DNA from: Eledone cirrhosa | Taxonomy: Eukaryota | Direction of reading: 5' to 3' | Length of the DNA stretch: 64,000 bases | NCBI GenBank assembly: GCA_964016885.1 | Contig: OZ024743.1 | Location: 184,884,001 to 184,948,000, forward strand | Part shown: positions 51,589-64,000 of the stretch, piece by piece | Position numbering within the stretch: the stretch's first letter is position 1 | Layout of the letters: every line of letters starts with the position of its first letter | Program-made: the position numbers and the translations under genes | The notes under the pieces: generated by a model | Seen by the model: only the letters and a program-made list of their open reading frames with translations | Told to the model about the DNA's origin: nothing | Database searches by the model: none

Positions 51589-51657
51589 TATTTTTATCTG
51601 ATGAGGACGCAGATATCATCCCATGATATTTGTTTTTGAAATGCGCATAATAAAATA
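51589..51657 (+). ncRNA. Type I hammerhead ribozyme with intact core
   Basis: TTTTAT-CTGATGA(51598-51604)-GGACGCAGATATCAT/ATGATATTTGTTTTT-GAAA(51638-51641)-TGCGCA-TA-ATAAAA; stem III palindrome ATGCGCAT. Confidence 0.85.
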
Positions 51658-52122
51658 CTTGGAACTCTTTTAACCATCTTTTGATCTTATATATGTATGT
51701 ATGTATGTATGTATATGTGTGTGTTTTTGTATGTGTATGTGTTTGTATGTGTATGTGTGTGTTTGTATGTATATGTGTGTGTGTGTGTTTGTATGTATAT
51801 GTGTGTGTGTGTTTGTATGTATATGTGTGTGTGAGGAGGTGGGGGAAGGATCTAGTTCACGAAATCAAAATGGTTCGAGTTTTCTCAAACAGACAAGCAA
51901 GTTATACACAACCCAGGATGTCTGAAGAGTGCAATAACGAAATGGAGCAAGATCGATTTCGTTTTTCTATGGGCTCACTGCAACAACTCGAATAGTTATA
52001 TAATTTTCACTGAAATACACTAGTTTCTAACATCACATGAATATTGTATCACCACAGAAATGTAATGAGTCAAATAGATTTCTAACTAGCAGTATTTGTA
52101 AAATTATACGTAAATCTCAATC

Positions 52123-52161
<39 letters not shown>

Positions 52162-52199
52162 ATATTAACAAATGGAAACTATATTTATAAAACCATATT

Positions 52200-52264
52200 T
52201 ATTTCATTATACATATTTCAAGGACACCAAAGCAAATTATGGTGCGCTTTCATCAGATAAAATA
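52200..52264 (-). ncRNA. Type I hammerhead ribozyme with intact core
   Basis: Minus strand reads TATTTTAT-CTGATGA-AAGCGCACCA...TGGTGTCCTT-GAAA-TATGTA-TA-ATGAAATA. Confidence 0.82.
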
Positions 52265-52382
52265 TAATATAGATCAGTTTTATAAACAAATATTGACATA
52301 CCCTTAAAGAATGCGACCATGTCGGTTGGAAGCTCCCGGATAGTTTATATATAATATTTGTTTATATAACTGATCTATATTA

Positions 52383-52447
52383 TATTTTATCTGATGAAAG
52401 CGCACCATAATTTGCTTTGGTGTCCTTGAAATATGTAAAATGAAATA
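52383..52447 (+). ncRNA. Type I hammerhead with U16.1 mutated to A, predicted inactive
   Basis: Mirror of 52200-52264 but reads GAAA-TATGTA-AA instead of -TA. Confidence 0.75.
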
Positions 52448-52730
52448 AATATGGTTTTATAAATATAGTTTCCATTTGTTAATATATTGTATTTTTACTC
52501 CAATAATTTGTTGAGTGCTTTATATCAGTTATAAAAATATTTGCTTGTTGTATCCCAACAAATTAAATATAACTTCTACATATATATATTTTTTTTTAAA
52601 GGTTAAACAAGGTTCAATGAATAAATCAAAGAATGAGTTTTACAATAGATTGGAAGCACTCCACAGTTATGCTGATTACCATGACTGAATCTTAACCATC
52701 TACTAAGTCAGGGTATGTCATGCATCATCT

Positions 52731-52787
52731 TATTTTATCTGATGAGGACGTACTGTTGAAGACCTCTGAAATATGTATAATAAAATA
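52731..52787 (+). ncRNA. Type I hammerhead with intact core and weak stem II
   Basis: TATTTTAT-CTGATGA-GGACGTACTGTTGAAGACCTCT-GAAA-TATGTA-TA-ATAAAATA. Confidence 0.7.
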
Positions 52788-53073
52788 TACTTGATCACAC
52801 GAATGTCTATTTTTGTTAATATTTTGAATTAATATTATATATATATATACACACACATATAAGCAGAAGGGATATTCAATTTGTTGGTAATTCAACAAAT
52901 ATGTTTACACACACACATTATATATACATGTATATATATATATATATATACTTGTTAACTCAAGATTAAGTTTGACAGGGTTTACATGCATAAAATAGTA
53001 TCTACACCCTCCTTTATTTAAGTATGTTGTACCAAGTTGAATAATAATTTACTAGTTTTTCAATTTGTAACAT

Positions 53074-53128
<55 letters not shown>

Positions 53129-53557
53129 GCAAGCATGGGTTTAGTATAATGTCAAGAGTAGAAGAGAAAAATCAATATAATATATATGATAGCTCTAGGT
53201 TAATGAACAAAACCAAATTTATAACAAATAAACACATCCAGACTTGTTAGCTTTCCTTCTAGTTTTCCAAGTCAAAACGTGTATGTAAACATAAATGTAG
53301 TAGGAGGGGGTTCAGTAATAATATAAAAGACATGTGCTTATGAGGTGGTGCATAGCCGGAAGGAAGAGAAATGGCTTTGGTATTCCCAAGTGGAACAACA
53401 CTAAAATAAAACTAAAAACGCTATATACTTTAGTGATGGATGGATTGAAAATCGAAATCAGCTGATGTTTGCCGGAAGCATTGAGACTAAACAACTTAGT
53501 AACAGTATAATTTAATCTCTAAGTTACAAAACAAATACACACATTATGTATAAATGA

Positions 53558-53599
<42 letters not shown>

Positions 53600-54824
53600 T
53601 AGTTCTCATGCATCCGATGATGACTATTGTAAATATTGATACACTTTACAATAAAATAAGTTACTTTATATATATATATATAATGATTATTATTCATGAC
53701 TTTGAATACAAATAATCATAATAGTAATAGCAGCATTAGCATGTCTTATTGACGCCTGGGCAAATGTATTTGTTTTTGTTTTGTTTTTTTGTTTCTTCTT
53801 CCATAACAAATTTCTTCTAAGAGTTAAAAAAGGTGGGGAAGTATATATTTATGAAGTTCGTGCCTTTCTTGAGAGTACTAGCAACATTAATAACTAGGCT
53901 CCAATAGAGAAATTGAGACCGGGTAGTGAAGTCAAATCTTCATCCCAAGAACTTAACAAACACGACGACGTTGACATCGCAGTGATGACGTTGTCGACAA
54001 TGATAGGAATGATGACAATGCACGGAAATGCAAACACAGTTAAAAAGGAAAAGAAAAGAAAAACAAAGATGTAAAGTGAAAATTGGATAAAAACCGTCAA
54101 TATCTGTGTCGAATTCTACTGCATAGCTGGATAACCCAATAGATTCCGCCATCATGATTGCCGAGGAGACCTCTCCCAAATTAAAGAAAAATGTGAGGAC
54201 AAAAAAAAAAACGTAAAAGATGCTAAAATGTAATAAACAGTTAACTGGCCCAAGTCACTAGAAATAGCAGAACGAGCAGGAGCAGCCAACTAGCCAGCCC
54301 ACTTGCCTTTCCTGTCTGCCTCTCCGTATGTCTGTCTGTGTCTAACCTGCTACTCAGTCACAGGCAAAACTGCCAGCAACAAAGCAGTTTCTCGATCAAA
54401 ACACTGTAACATGCTGCCATAGTTAAAGAAGTAAACAAGTTCTCGCCGAGTAGAGTCCGTCGTCGGTTGGGGCTTCGATCATTTCACTCAAAAGAAAGAT
54501 ATATACATGGCGCAACTTTTTGTTTTATCCCCGAAAAGTAATATAATTGTTATTTATTCTCAACTCTTTTGTTTTTTTTCAAAACCTAAAGCTTGATAAG
54601 ATTCTCAGATCACTTCGGCCACAAGAAATATGTACATTATTCAAGTAGTATTGTCAATAAATTTTCTTTGAAAAAAATGAAAATAGCTCTTCAGATCCAC
54701 CGGATTCCTCTCGCATGCTCTGCTCATACACACGCGTGCCTTATCTCTAACCCTGGCGTGTTATATACGCAATGAATCCGATGAATCAAACGAGATATTT
54801 TCATTTTCAAAGGATATCTATTGT

Positions 54825-56850
54825 TAATAATTGTTTCTACTTTAGGCACAAAGCCAGCAATTACCCCAGTGTATTACTGGTGATTTATTTTATCGACCCC
54901 GCAAGGATGAAAAGCAAAGCTAACCTCGGCGGAATTTAAACTCAGAACGTAAAGTGCCATAACTCTATATTTCAAAGCATAGTGCCTGACTAATACCCCA
55001 TTGTTCATAGCATTTGGCAGTATCGGTAGAGGGTCGGACGCCATGCTTTGACGCATTGAGTTACGGCCCTTGCCATTCTGAGTTCAAATCCCGCCGAGGT
55101 TCACTTTGTCTTTCATCCTTACGGGGTCGATAAAATAAAGTACCAGTAATACCCTGGGGTAATAGCTGGCCGTGTGCCAAAAGTAGAAACAATTATTAAG
55201 ACTGAATTGGTTTTGCCTAAATTTGGGGAAGGGGGCAGTTGATCCAATAGAGCGCACGACCCAACGAGAACTTGTTTAATCAACTCCAATAGACGTTTCA
55301 ATTAACTTCGGCGGAATAGAAACTCAAAATGTAAAGGAGTTTAGCTAAATACCGCAAGACATTTCATCAAACTATTCTTTCAGCTACTCACTGCCCTAAT
55401 AATTGTTTCTACTTTAGGCACAAGGCCAGCAATTACCCCAGTGCTTTAGTTTATCAACCCGTAAGGATGAAGGCAAAGCCAACCTCGGCAGGATTTGAAC
55501 TCAGAACGTAAAGGGTTATAACCCTATGCGGCAAAGCCTGGTGTCTGACGCTCTACCGATATTGCCAATCCTCCACCCTAATAATGGTTTTTAACTTAGG
55601 AACAAGGCAGCGAATGTGGACTAGAATGCTTTGCAGTGCTCTCTGTGCACTGAGTTTAAAACCTGCCCGAGGTCAACTTTGCTTTACATCCTTTTAAGGT
55701 CGATAAAGTACCAGTCCAGTACTGGATCGATTCTTTCTCACTCTCCCACTCTCTCTCTCTAGAAGAAGAAGAAAACAACTGTATTCAAACTCAGAAAGGA
55801 GACGGGTTCTGCCGGGTTTAAAATGCCCAAGACTAACTATGTCAGTATGACACCTCTAAAACTCCACCAGGAGTTACGATCAAAGAAGAATTTAGGTACA
55901 AGGTCAGCAATTGGGGGTGGAGAGCTAAGTTGATTACATCAACCCCATTGCTTCATGTAATTGATGAAAAGGATGAAAGAGAAAGTTACTTCGACAGGAT
56001 TTAGGCACACAGCCATCAATATTGGAGGGGGGAAGTAAGTTGATTACATCGAGCCCCAGTACTTGATTGGTACTTTATTTTATTGACCTCAGAAAGATGA
56101 AAGGCAGGATGACGTCATTGTCCTAATAATGTTTATAACATTGGTACAAGATTAGCAATTTGGAGGGGAGGAGATAAATCAATTACATCAACCCTAGTAC
56201 TTGACTGCTAGCATTTTTTATCGAACATGGAAGGATGAAAGACAAAGTTGACTTAAATGGGATTTGAACTCAGAACATAATGAGTAGAACATATACCATG
56301 AAGCATTTTGTCTGACACTAACAAATCTGCCAATCTATATTTGATGTAACTCCCTATTCCCACTATTTTGTATTTGTCTTGTAATGTTCTAACCCCCACA
56401 TGATTGTTTCCCTTGTGGCAATAAATCCCTATTATTATGGGACAACATGCTTTGCAGCATGTAGTTACAGCCCTTAATGTTCTGAGTTCAAAACCTGCTG
56501 AGGTTAGCTTTGTCTTTCATCCTTACGGGATCTATAAAATAAAGCACCAGTAATGCACTGGGTCGATTAAACCCTTTTGTGACGGTATTTCTAATGAAAT
56601 CTACTATTTTAGTTAATGAAGAATTTCGAGGGATTTACTAAAATTATTAATCATTCCATTACTGTAATGCAAGGTTCTTATATAAAATTATGTTGGAAGA
56701 TTTTAATTTAAATTAGAAAGCTTTAAAATGGGTGGTTTTCATATAACCAGACCCGGTTTTAGCTGTGTTGGTAACTAAAGGGTTAATCGACTTTCCCCGC
56801 AAAAACAAAAAATGTTGGCCTTGGGCCTAAATCAAAAACCATTATTATTA
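54825..56850. mobile_element. Dense cluster of Nin-domain SINEs in both orientations
   Basis: Multiple copies of the B-box plus CCTTTCATCCTTACGGGGTCGATAAAATAAAGTACCAG core, e.g. 55012-55198 (+) and 55397-55580 (-). Confidence 0.85.
56572..56782. mobile_element. piggyBac-like MITE inserted in a SINE
   Basis: CCCTTT.GT.AC TIRs with TTAA-type flanks, splitting the SINE motif GGTCGATTTAATCGAC. Similar elements at ~27342-27507 and ~38206-38296. Confidence 0.7.
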
Positions 56851-58839
56851 TCATTAACTACACCCTAACATATGCAGAAATAATAAATAATATAGTAATA
56901 TGAGAAAAATGAGTCATTAATGGTTTTGCAGTAAGTGATGTATCAAACACAGCTGAGTGAGTGAATAAGCAGTTAGAATCTTACATTGATCCCTTAGTCA
57001 GAGTGGAGGACTGTATTCTCAAATGAAATTTCTAGACTATTCACACTAAATGGATTTCTATACTTATACTCTGCTGTGTGTCAATGTAAATCAGGAAGCT
57101 ACTGGTGATGAATGCATGCAATAATGGCTTGTGATTTAGACAAAGCCAGCAATTACATCATCCCCAGTGTTTGACTGGCACTTTATTATATTGATCCTGG
57201 AACAATAAAAGGCAAAGTTGACCATGAAGCATTCAATCTGATGTTCTAACGAATATAATGAGTAGCACACATGCTTCCCTGATGCTCAGAAAAAAAAGAG
57301 GCACGGAAATGCTACTTGAGGTCAATATGATAAACAAAAAACTCTTGAAAAATTGGGGCCCCAGCAAGATTGTAGTAACATAACTGAAACCAGTAAAATA
57401 AACCCAATGCATTCTGTAAAGACGCGGCAATTGAACAAAAACAATATAAAATTGAGGGGTCTCTTTTGTCCTACTAAGAATATAGCAACCTCTCTAGTGC
57501 TGGGGTCACAATAAAATGCACACAGTACACTTTGTAAAGTAATTGATGTTAAGAAAGGCATCCAACCATAGAAACCATGCCAAAAAAGTAATGTAAAGAT
57601 ATGGTTCTATGACTCATCTAGTTTCAAATAATGACCCAACCGACCCATGCTAGTATGGAAAGCAGGTGTAAAATGATGATGAAAAATATAAAAAGATATT
57701 TCATTCAAGTGCAGAACTATCAGAGAAGAGAAATATATTAAAAAATGATAGTCTTTTAATTATTTCCTATTAATCCCGATTTCAATCGATACAGCATTTG
57801 GATTTTAGTCCCACCACCACCTAATTGATTGAAGCAATAATTAAAAAAACAATTAGCTACAATAGATAACTGATGCATGAATTAATGTCATATACAGGCT
57901 GTGTAATATATCTAAGAATTGCAGTAAATCCTATTAGCCAGGTAGCTACTAAAAAATATTAGTGAAAATGAGGGCATCAAGTTATCAGAAGTGCTACAGT
58001 ACGAGACTAAATACTTTATAGTGCTACAGTATTGGACTAATTACTTTATAGTATTTAATCGCATCTCACAAGGTCAACTTTACCTTTCCTTCCAATGAAA
58101 ATAATAAAATAATTGCTAATAATTCACTGATTTATTGATTGATTCATTGATCACATTTAATCACTATCATTTAAATGATATTTAACACCTGGATTTTTCA
58201 TGCTAGCATGGGTTGGACATGTTGAAAGAGATCAAATCAGTATTTACAGAGTTTTTGTCCTCTCAAACAGACCAGGGACCATATTTCACTTACATGTATT
58301 CTGGTTTTAGCATGGATTCTACAGCTTGATGCCCTTCCTATCACCAACCTCTTTACAGAACGTACTGGGTGCATATTATCATGGCACCAACACTTGGAAG
58401 GTTATTGTGTCCTTGACACAACTGAAGATTCTCCTAAACTTTTATTCAGCATGGTTTCTACATTTATCTCAAAAATTGGTAATTGTTTTTGTTGTTATCT
58501 AGCCCAAGGACAACTCTAATTGAGGCAGACCTATGATCAAAGTTATTTCAACTAACAGGAAACAGATAATAGGAAAAATGAGTAAAAGCAGCTCAATATT
58601 AAAACTAATGGATGGGTTAACATCTTAGCTGGTGACAGAAAAAGCAACAAATACAATCCAGATGGTTAGAGACCATACAAAATGGAGAAACATGATCATC
58701 TATACTGAATAGCATGGTACCTCATTGATTGAGGATTACATTATCTGATGTATCTTTTTCTTTTCTTAAGATGGTAGGGTGTTATCCTGCAGGAGATTTA
58801 TATATACTGGAAGTTATGCCAACATTACGAAATACTAAC

Positions 58840-59150
58840 AGAAAAGAGGATCAAAGAATGACAAAACCACCATACACTGGGATATGCCAATACACACAGG
58901 GAGATCAAAGCCAACTGACAAGATATTGTAGTCAAAGACCACAAAGAAAAGAAATACTTTCTAATTGATGTATTAATCCTTACAACAATGCTATATCTAT
59001 TAAGGAATTGGAAAGAATGTTCTAAATATAAAGATCTGAAGATAGAAATAACCTAAATGTGAATGGTAAAAACAAAAACAATCCCTATAATAACAGATGT
59101 TCTGGGAATGATAAAAACACTCAGACAGGTACTAACCAAAACCCCAAGTC
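58840..59150 (+). mobile_element. R4/Dong-like REL endonuclease remnant
   Basis: WDMPIHT.REIKAN..DIVVKDHKEKKYFLIDV, a PD-(D/E)xK-type region. Confidence 0.7.
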
Positions 59151-59304
59151 TTTTAAATATATACAGTATACAGAAAATAACATTATGAAGAGTACTTTCA
59201 ATACAATAGAAACAACACCAAAAACAATAGTGTACATACACAAGATGCACAGAATGTATTCAGTAATGCAGTGACAACACACAGTAAAAATAAGACTAAT
59301 GACA

Positions 59305-60200
59305 ATAATTGTTTCTACCTTTGGCACAAGGCTAGCAATTTGAAGGAAAGGGCAAGTTGATTAAATCGACTCAGCGCTTTACTTGTACTTTCTTTTATGG
59401 ACCACATAAGGCTGAAAGACAAAGCTAACCTTGGTGGAATTTGAACTCAGAACAAGTGGCCAAAATGAGGTTCCGCCAAAAGGTCTTTGGAATTACATTA
59501 CTCGATAAAATGCATAGCTCGGAGATCAGAGAGTTGTTCCAGGTAGAGATGCTACTTCTCCAAATTGAGAGATCACGGCTCTGTTATTATGGACATGTGA
59601 TTAGAGTGTCTTAGGAAAGACTTGCTGGACAGATTTTATGGGCAAAACCAACTGGCAGGAGACCCAGGAGTAAACCACAAGCAAGATGGTTGGATGACAT
59701 CTATGAGCTTGGGGAATCCAGCCAGATTAATTGGTGATGGTTGCTTCTGACAGGCCACAATATATGCTGCAAAGCATGTTATCCGATACCCTAACAATTT
59801 ACTATCCTTAATAATAATTGTGTCTACTTTGGCACAAGGCCAGCAATTACCCCAGTGCGTGACTGGTATTTTATTTTATCGACCCCCGTAAGGATGAATG
59901 GCAAAGTTAACCTTGGCAGGATTTGAACTCAGATCATAAAGGGCCATAATTCTATGCTGCAAAGCATGGTGTCCGACCAATAATGGTTTCTTATTTAGGT
60001 ACAAAGCTAGCAATTTGATGGGGAAGGGAAAGCAATTAAATTGACCCCAGTGCATTACTGGTGCTTTATTTTATCAACCCTGTAAGGATGAAAGGCAAAG
60101 CTTGCATTGGTGGGATTTGAACTCAGAACGTAAAGGGCCATAACTATATGCTGCAAAACATGTTGTCCGTCGCTCTATCGATACTGCCAAAAATAATAAT
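59305..60200. mobile_element. Cluster of minus-strand Nin-SINEs with an embedded RTE-like fragment (59454-59750, +)
   Basis: Reverse-complement SINE cores; the embedded fragment matches 3130-3420. Confidence 0.8.
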
Positions 60201-60865
60201 AATGATAAGATTAACTACACTTAAGCTTAAGCTTATTTCTGCTGCAGAGTTAATCTAATCATCTCATTAATTTAAATTGAGCTTCTCTGTTAAGAAGTTA
60301 ATTAATTAATTAAATTAAATTAAAAAGAAAATGAATTCATAAGTACTAAATATGAAAAACAGTTAGGGCAGATATTAGTACATAGATAGACAAATCTTGA
60401 AAGGAATGAAATTAATATTAAATTAAACAATGTCATATTTCTAGAGATTACAATATTATATAATGCTTCAGATAACATAGGGTAGAGAGGACTTTAGTCA
60501 GGTCGATGACATAACAATCTCTCTAGTGTTGGTGCCATCATAAAATGCACCCAGTACACTCTGCAAAGTGGTTGATGATGAAACAGTGACAACAGAGAGT
60601 AGAGATGAACTTATAGTTGTGTTGAGGAAATGACAACCTCTCTAGTGTTGATGACATGGATAAAATATCACCCAGCACACACATTCCAGCTTTGGTTATA
60701 GTTGTGGTGAAGCTATATATATATATATGGACGCTAATCGACGAGGTTGATGATATATTTATGTGTGTATATATATGAAACATGTATGAATATGTATATG
60801 TGTATTACATATATATATATGGTATATGCACGCAAATGTATATATGTGTATGTCATTATGATATG

Positions 60866-60923
<58 letters not shown>

Positions 60924-61397
60924 GGTGTTACCACAAAACATCCAACCCACACAATAAAGTGATCGTGTAGGTGTCATGACAAAAAGCACCAAGCCCACAC
61001 CGTAAAGTGGACGTGTAAAAGACATGGTAAAAAGCACACAGTCAATGTGGTTGGCGTTAGGAAGGGCATCCAGCTGTAGAAAACCAGCCAGAAACACTCC
61101 TATATGAGCGAGATATGGTCACCCGACCCAACTTTCCTGTAAATGGAACAAACCCGTCTAACCTATGCTAGTGTGGAAGATAGACATTAATCGATGATGA
61201 TGATGATATATAAAATAACTAATAAAAAAGTAAAGGTAATGAGATGGAGAGAAAAGAGAAGTTAATATAGGGGTCTACAAACAGGTTGATATCAAAGCCA
61301 GAAGTCAATGGGATTATCCAGGGGAGTTGATTGAACTTTTGAGCCAAAACATGATATTTGTATAAGAAATGGAAGTATGTAAAATAATACAATGAAA

Positions 61398-62324
61398 TGT
61401 GGGGGAGGGTGCTCTGAAAGTACAGTAGCTAGAGTCAGAAATGGATGGAAAAAGTTCAGAGAGCTTATACCACTATTAGCCGCTAAAGGGTTCTCCCTAA
61501 AAATGAAAGGCAGGCTGTATGATGCCTGCATACGAACAGCAATGTTGCATGGCAGTGAGACCTGGGCATTATGTGCAGAGGATATACGCAGACTGGAGAG
61601 GAACGAAGCTTGCATGCTCCGCTGGATGTGTAATAGTAATATACGTGAACGGCAAAGCATAAACGAACTAAGGGAAAAATTAGAAATAAGAGGGATCAGA
61701 TGTTGTTTACTCGAGAGAAGACTACGTTGGTATGGTCACGTGATGCGCATGAAAGACGACAGCTGTATAAAAAAAGTGCAGGGCAATAAAAATAGACGGT
61801 AGCCACGGAGTAGGCAGACCCAGAAAAACCTGGGACGACTTGATAAATTCCGACCTCACACACTTACACCTCTCCAAAACAATGACACTGGACCGAGACC
61901 TTTGGCGCTACACAGTAATAGAGAAGACCCGCCTTACCTAAGTACAAAGTGAAACCTACTACAGTCAGTAAGCACCTCTAACAAAATACACCCCCGTCCC
62001 ACTACCCCCACCCCATCCACACCACCCCTTTCAATGTAAAGTTATGTTGGTACCACAACATCCAGCCCGAAACAAATGAGGTCATGTAGGTGTCACAACA
62101 AAAAAACACAGTCCACGCTGTAATGTGGCCGTGTAGGTAACACGGTAAAAACCTCCCAGTTCCACACTGTAAATGTGGTTGGTGTTAGAAAGGGCATCCA
62201 GCCGTAGAAAACCCGCCAGACAGTCCTATGCGAACAAGACAACCACTCTTGCCTCAAATGGGAAAACTCCCGTCCAAACCCATGCAAGCGTGGAATGTGG
62301 ACGTTAAACGATGATGATGATGAC
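61398..62324 (+). mobile_element. Young 5'-truncated RTE LINE with full 3' UTR and (GAT)n tail
   Basis: ORF 61392-61802 is nearly identical to the C-terminus of 356-2209; the element ends GGACGTTAAACGATGATGATGATG. Confidence 0.93.
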
Positions 62325-63552
62325 AACTTGTATATACAAGTTTCTAATTTATATATAATTAGTCTTTATTCTAAATTTATTTATTTTATATTTTGTTTAC
62401 TGATTTATTTATTTACCTATTTATTTTTGTACATGCCAGGGATCAATGAATGGTCAAAGATTCAATGAAGAGGTCAATGGTTTAAAATTTTTGGTGATCT
62501 CTGGGCTAATAGACAGATAAAGATAGATTTGTAATTTTTCAATACATGCCTTTGGTAAAGAATATGATTCAGAACTCTAACGTCATGCTGCACTACAGAA
62601 GACCTGCCTTCCAATATGCATAAAACGAAATGAAACAAACACTAGTCTGCACCAATGTTGTCTTTACCCCTCTCCATTCACTCTCCCCAATATTAATACC
62701 CTAGTCTCACCAGCTAACTATTCCATGCACCTCGTCGATGTTGAACTTGCTTATTCCTCCCCCCTCCTTAAACCCCCAACATGTAAGGTGGTTGTGCTAG
62801 TGAAATGACAAAAAAGCACCCAGTCCATCCTGTGAAGGGGTTATTTCAGTGCCACGATAAAAAGCACACTGTCCATACTATAACATGGTTGGCATTAAGA
62901 ATGGCATCCAGCTGTAGAAACCAAGCTAAAATAGAGATCAGTATAAACAAGATGTGGTCTCTGAACCTGACTTGTCTCAATGTGACAACTATTCTAACCC
63001 ATGAAAAGGTCAAAAGATAGGCATTAAATGATGATGATGATAATTAAGATTTTTTTTATTAAATGACACACCCTACATTTTGATGTCACACATTCTATAC
63101 ATACACAGAATACTTTCTTTAAAATTATATTTTACTACTTTAGGGCATTCTCTATTAAAATGAATTGTATGTATAGATGTGTGTGCATGAACGATGAAGC
63201 CTGGATGAGCTGAGAAAAACACTGGGCATAAGAGGAACCAGATATAGTATAGAGGAAAGAAGGTTGCACCGATATGGACATGTAATGAGTATAGATGATG
63301 ATCATTGGGTGAAGATATGCCAGAAGTTCTAAGTGGAAGGAAGCCATGGAAGAAAACCAAAAAAGATGTGGGCAAAAACTGGTGAAAACTGATATCAAGA
63401 AACTGAACCTCAAAGAAAGAAAAGTGGTTGCTATATTGAAGATGACTCATTTAATACATGAAAGCTTAGAAAAATGGACATAAAAATGATGACATATTTA
63501 TCAGGTACATGCAATAAGTAAATACTCAGGGTTAGCAGTAAACATTAATTAA

Positions 63553-63750
63553 AGGGTGGTGGATTGGCAGTATCGGTAGAGCGTCGGACGCCATGCTTTG
63601 CAGCAAAGAGTTACGGCCCTTTATGGTCTGAGTTCAAATCCCACCGAGGTTAACTTTGCCTTTCATCCTTACGGGGTCGATAAAATAAAGTACCAGTAAT
63701 ACACTGGGATAATTGCTGGCCTTGTGCCAAAAGTAGAAACAATTAATTAA
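63553..63750 (+). mobile_element. Young Nin-domain tRNA SINE
   Basis: Full head, B-box, core and tail as at 38650. Confidence 0.88.
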
Positions 63751-64000
63751 ACTGTCAACAAAAGGACTATGTCAACACTGAGACAATATGTAAAAATCTT
63801 TTGACAACAAGATGTATTTACTTAGAATATATCATAATCATCATTTTTTTTATAGCCACTTGCTTACTAAATACACAGAGTAGTGTCTCAATATGTAACC
63901 TAGTGAGTTGAAAAACTTTAATTGGGGTCATCTCTGTAATTAGTAGACAAAAGTTTCTTCTAGGGGTGTTAAATATCTAGAAACAACAAGCAAGGTACCT

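Larger units (their letters stand above)
52155..52492. repeat. 140-bp inverted repeat of a PLE terminal segment (arms 52155-52294 and 52353-52492)
   Basis: Arms are reverse complements with about 2 differences, and each contains a hammerhead. (TA)n lies to the left, and again after the tail at ~52580. Confidence 0.92.

Overview
AT-rich, microsatellite-dense eukaryotic DNA with no prokaryotic gene content. The mix of Nin-domain tRNA SINEs, RTE LINEs with (GAT)n tails and Helitron-like repeats suggests a cephalopod such as octopus (inference). The dominant feature is a ~6.8 kb near-perfect palindrome (9194-15988, 12-bp spacer) made of two head-to-head copies of a Penelope-like retroelement (PLE: RT plus C-terminal GIY-YIG, CxCx5C linker, resembling the Hydra clade). 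It is bounded by (TA)n, carries a nested inverted 5' ORF segment at its centre, and ends in each arm in a type I hammerhead ribozyme (HHR) with a 105-nt stem II. A second, decayed PLE (30.5-33.1 kb) and scattered PLE terminal fragments add seven more HHR motifs, some intact and some mutated, including an inverted pair at 52.2-52.5 kb and a retrozyme-like unit at 45.7-46.2 kb. The window also holds many RTE copies, SINEs, Helitrons and MITEs. Splice-signal evidence suggests it lies within a large minus-strand host gene: two candidate phase-2 first exons and a consensus-like AG|GTAAGT recursive splice site at 27.8 kb. Coordinates were read by eye, so repeat boundaries are approximate.
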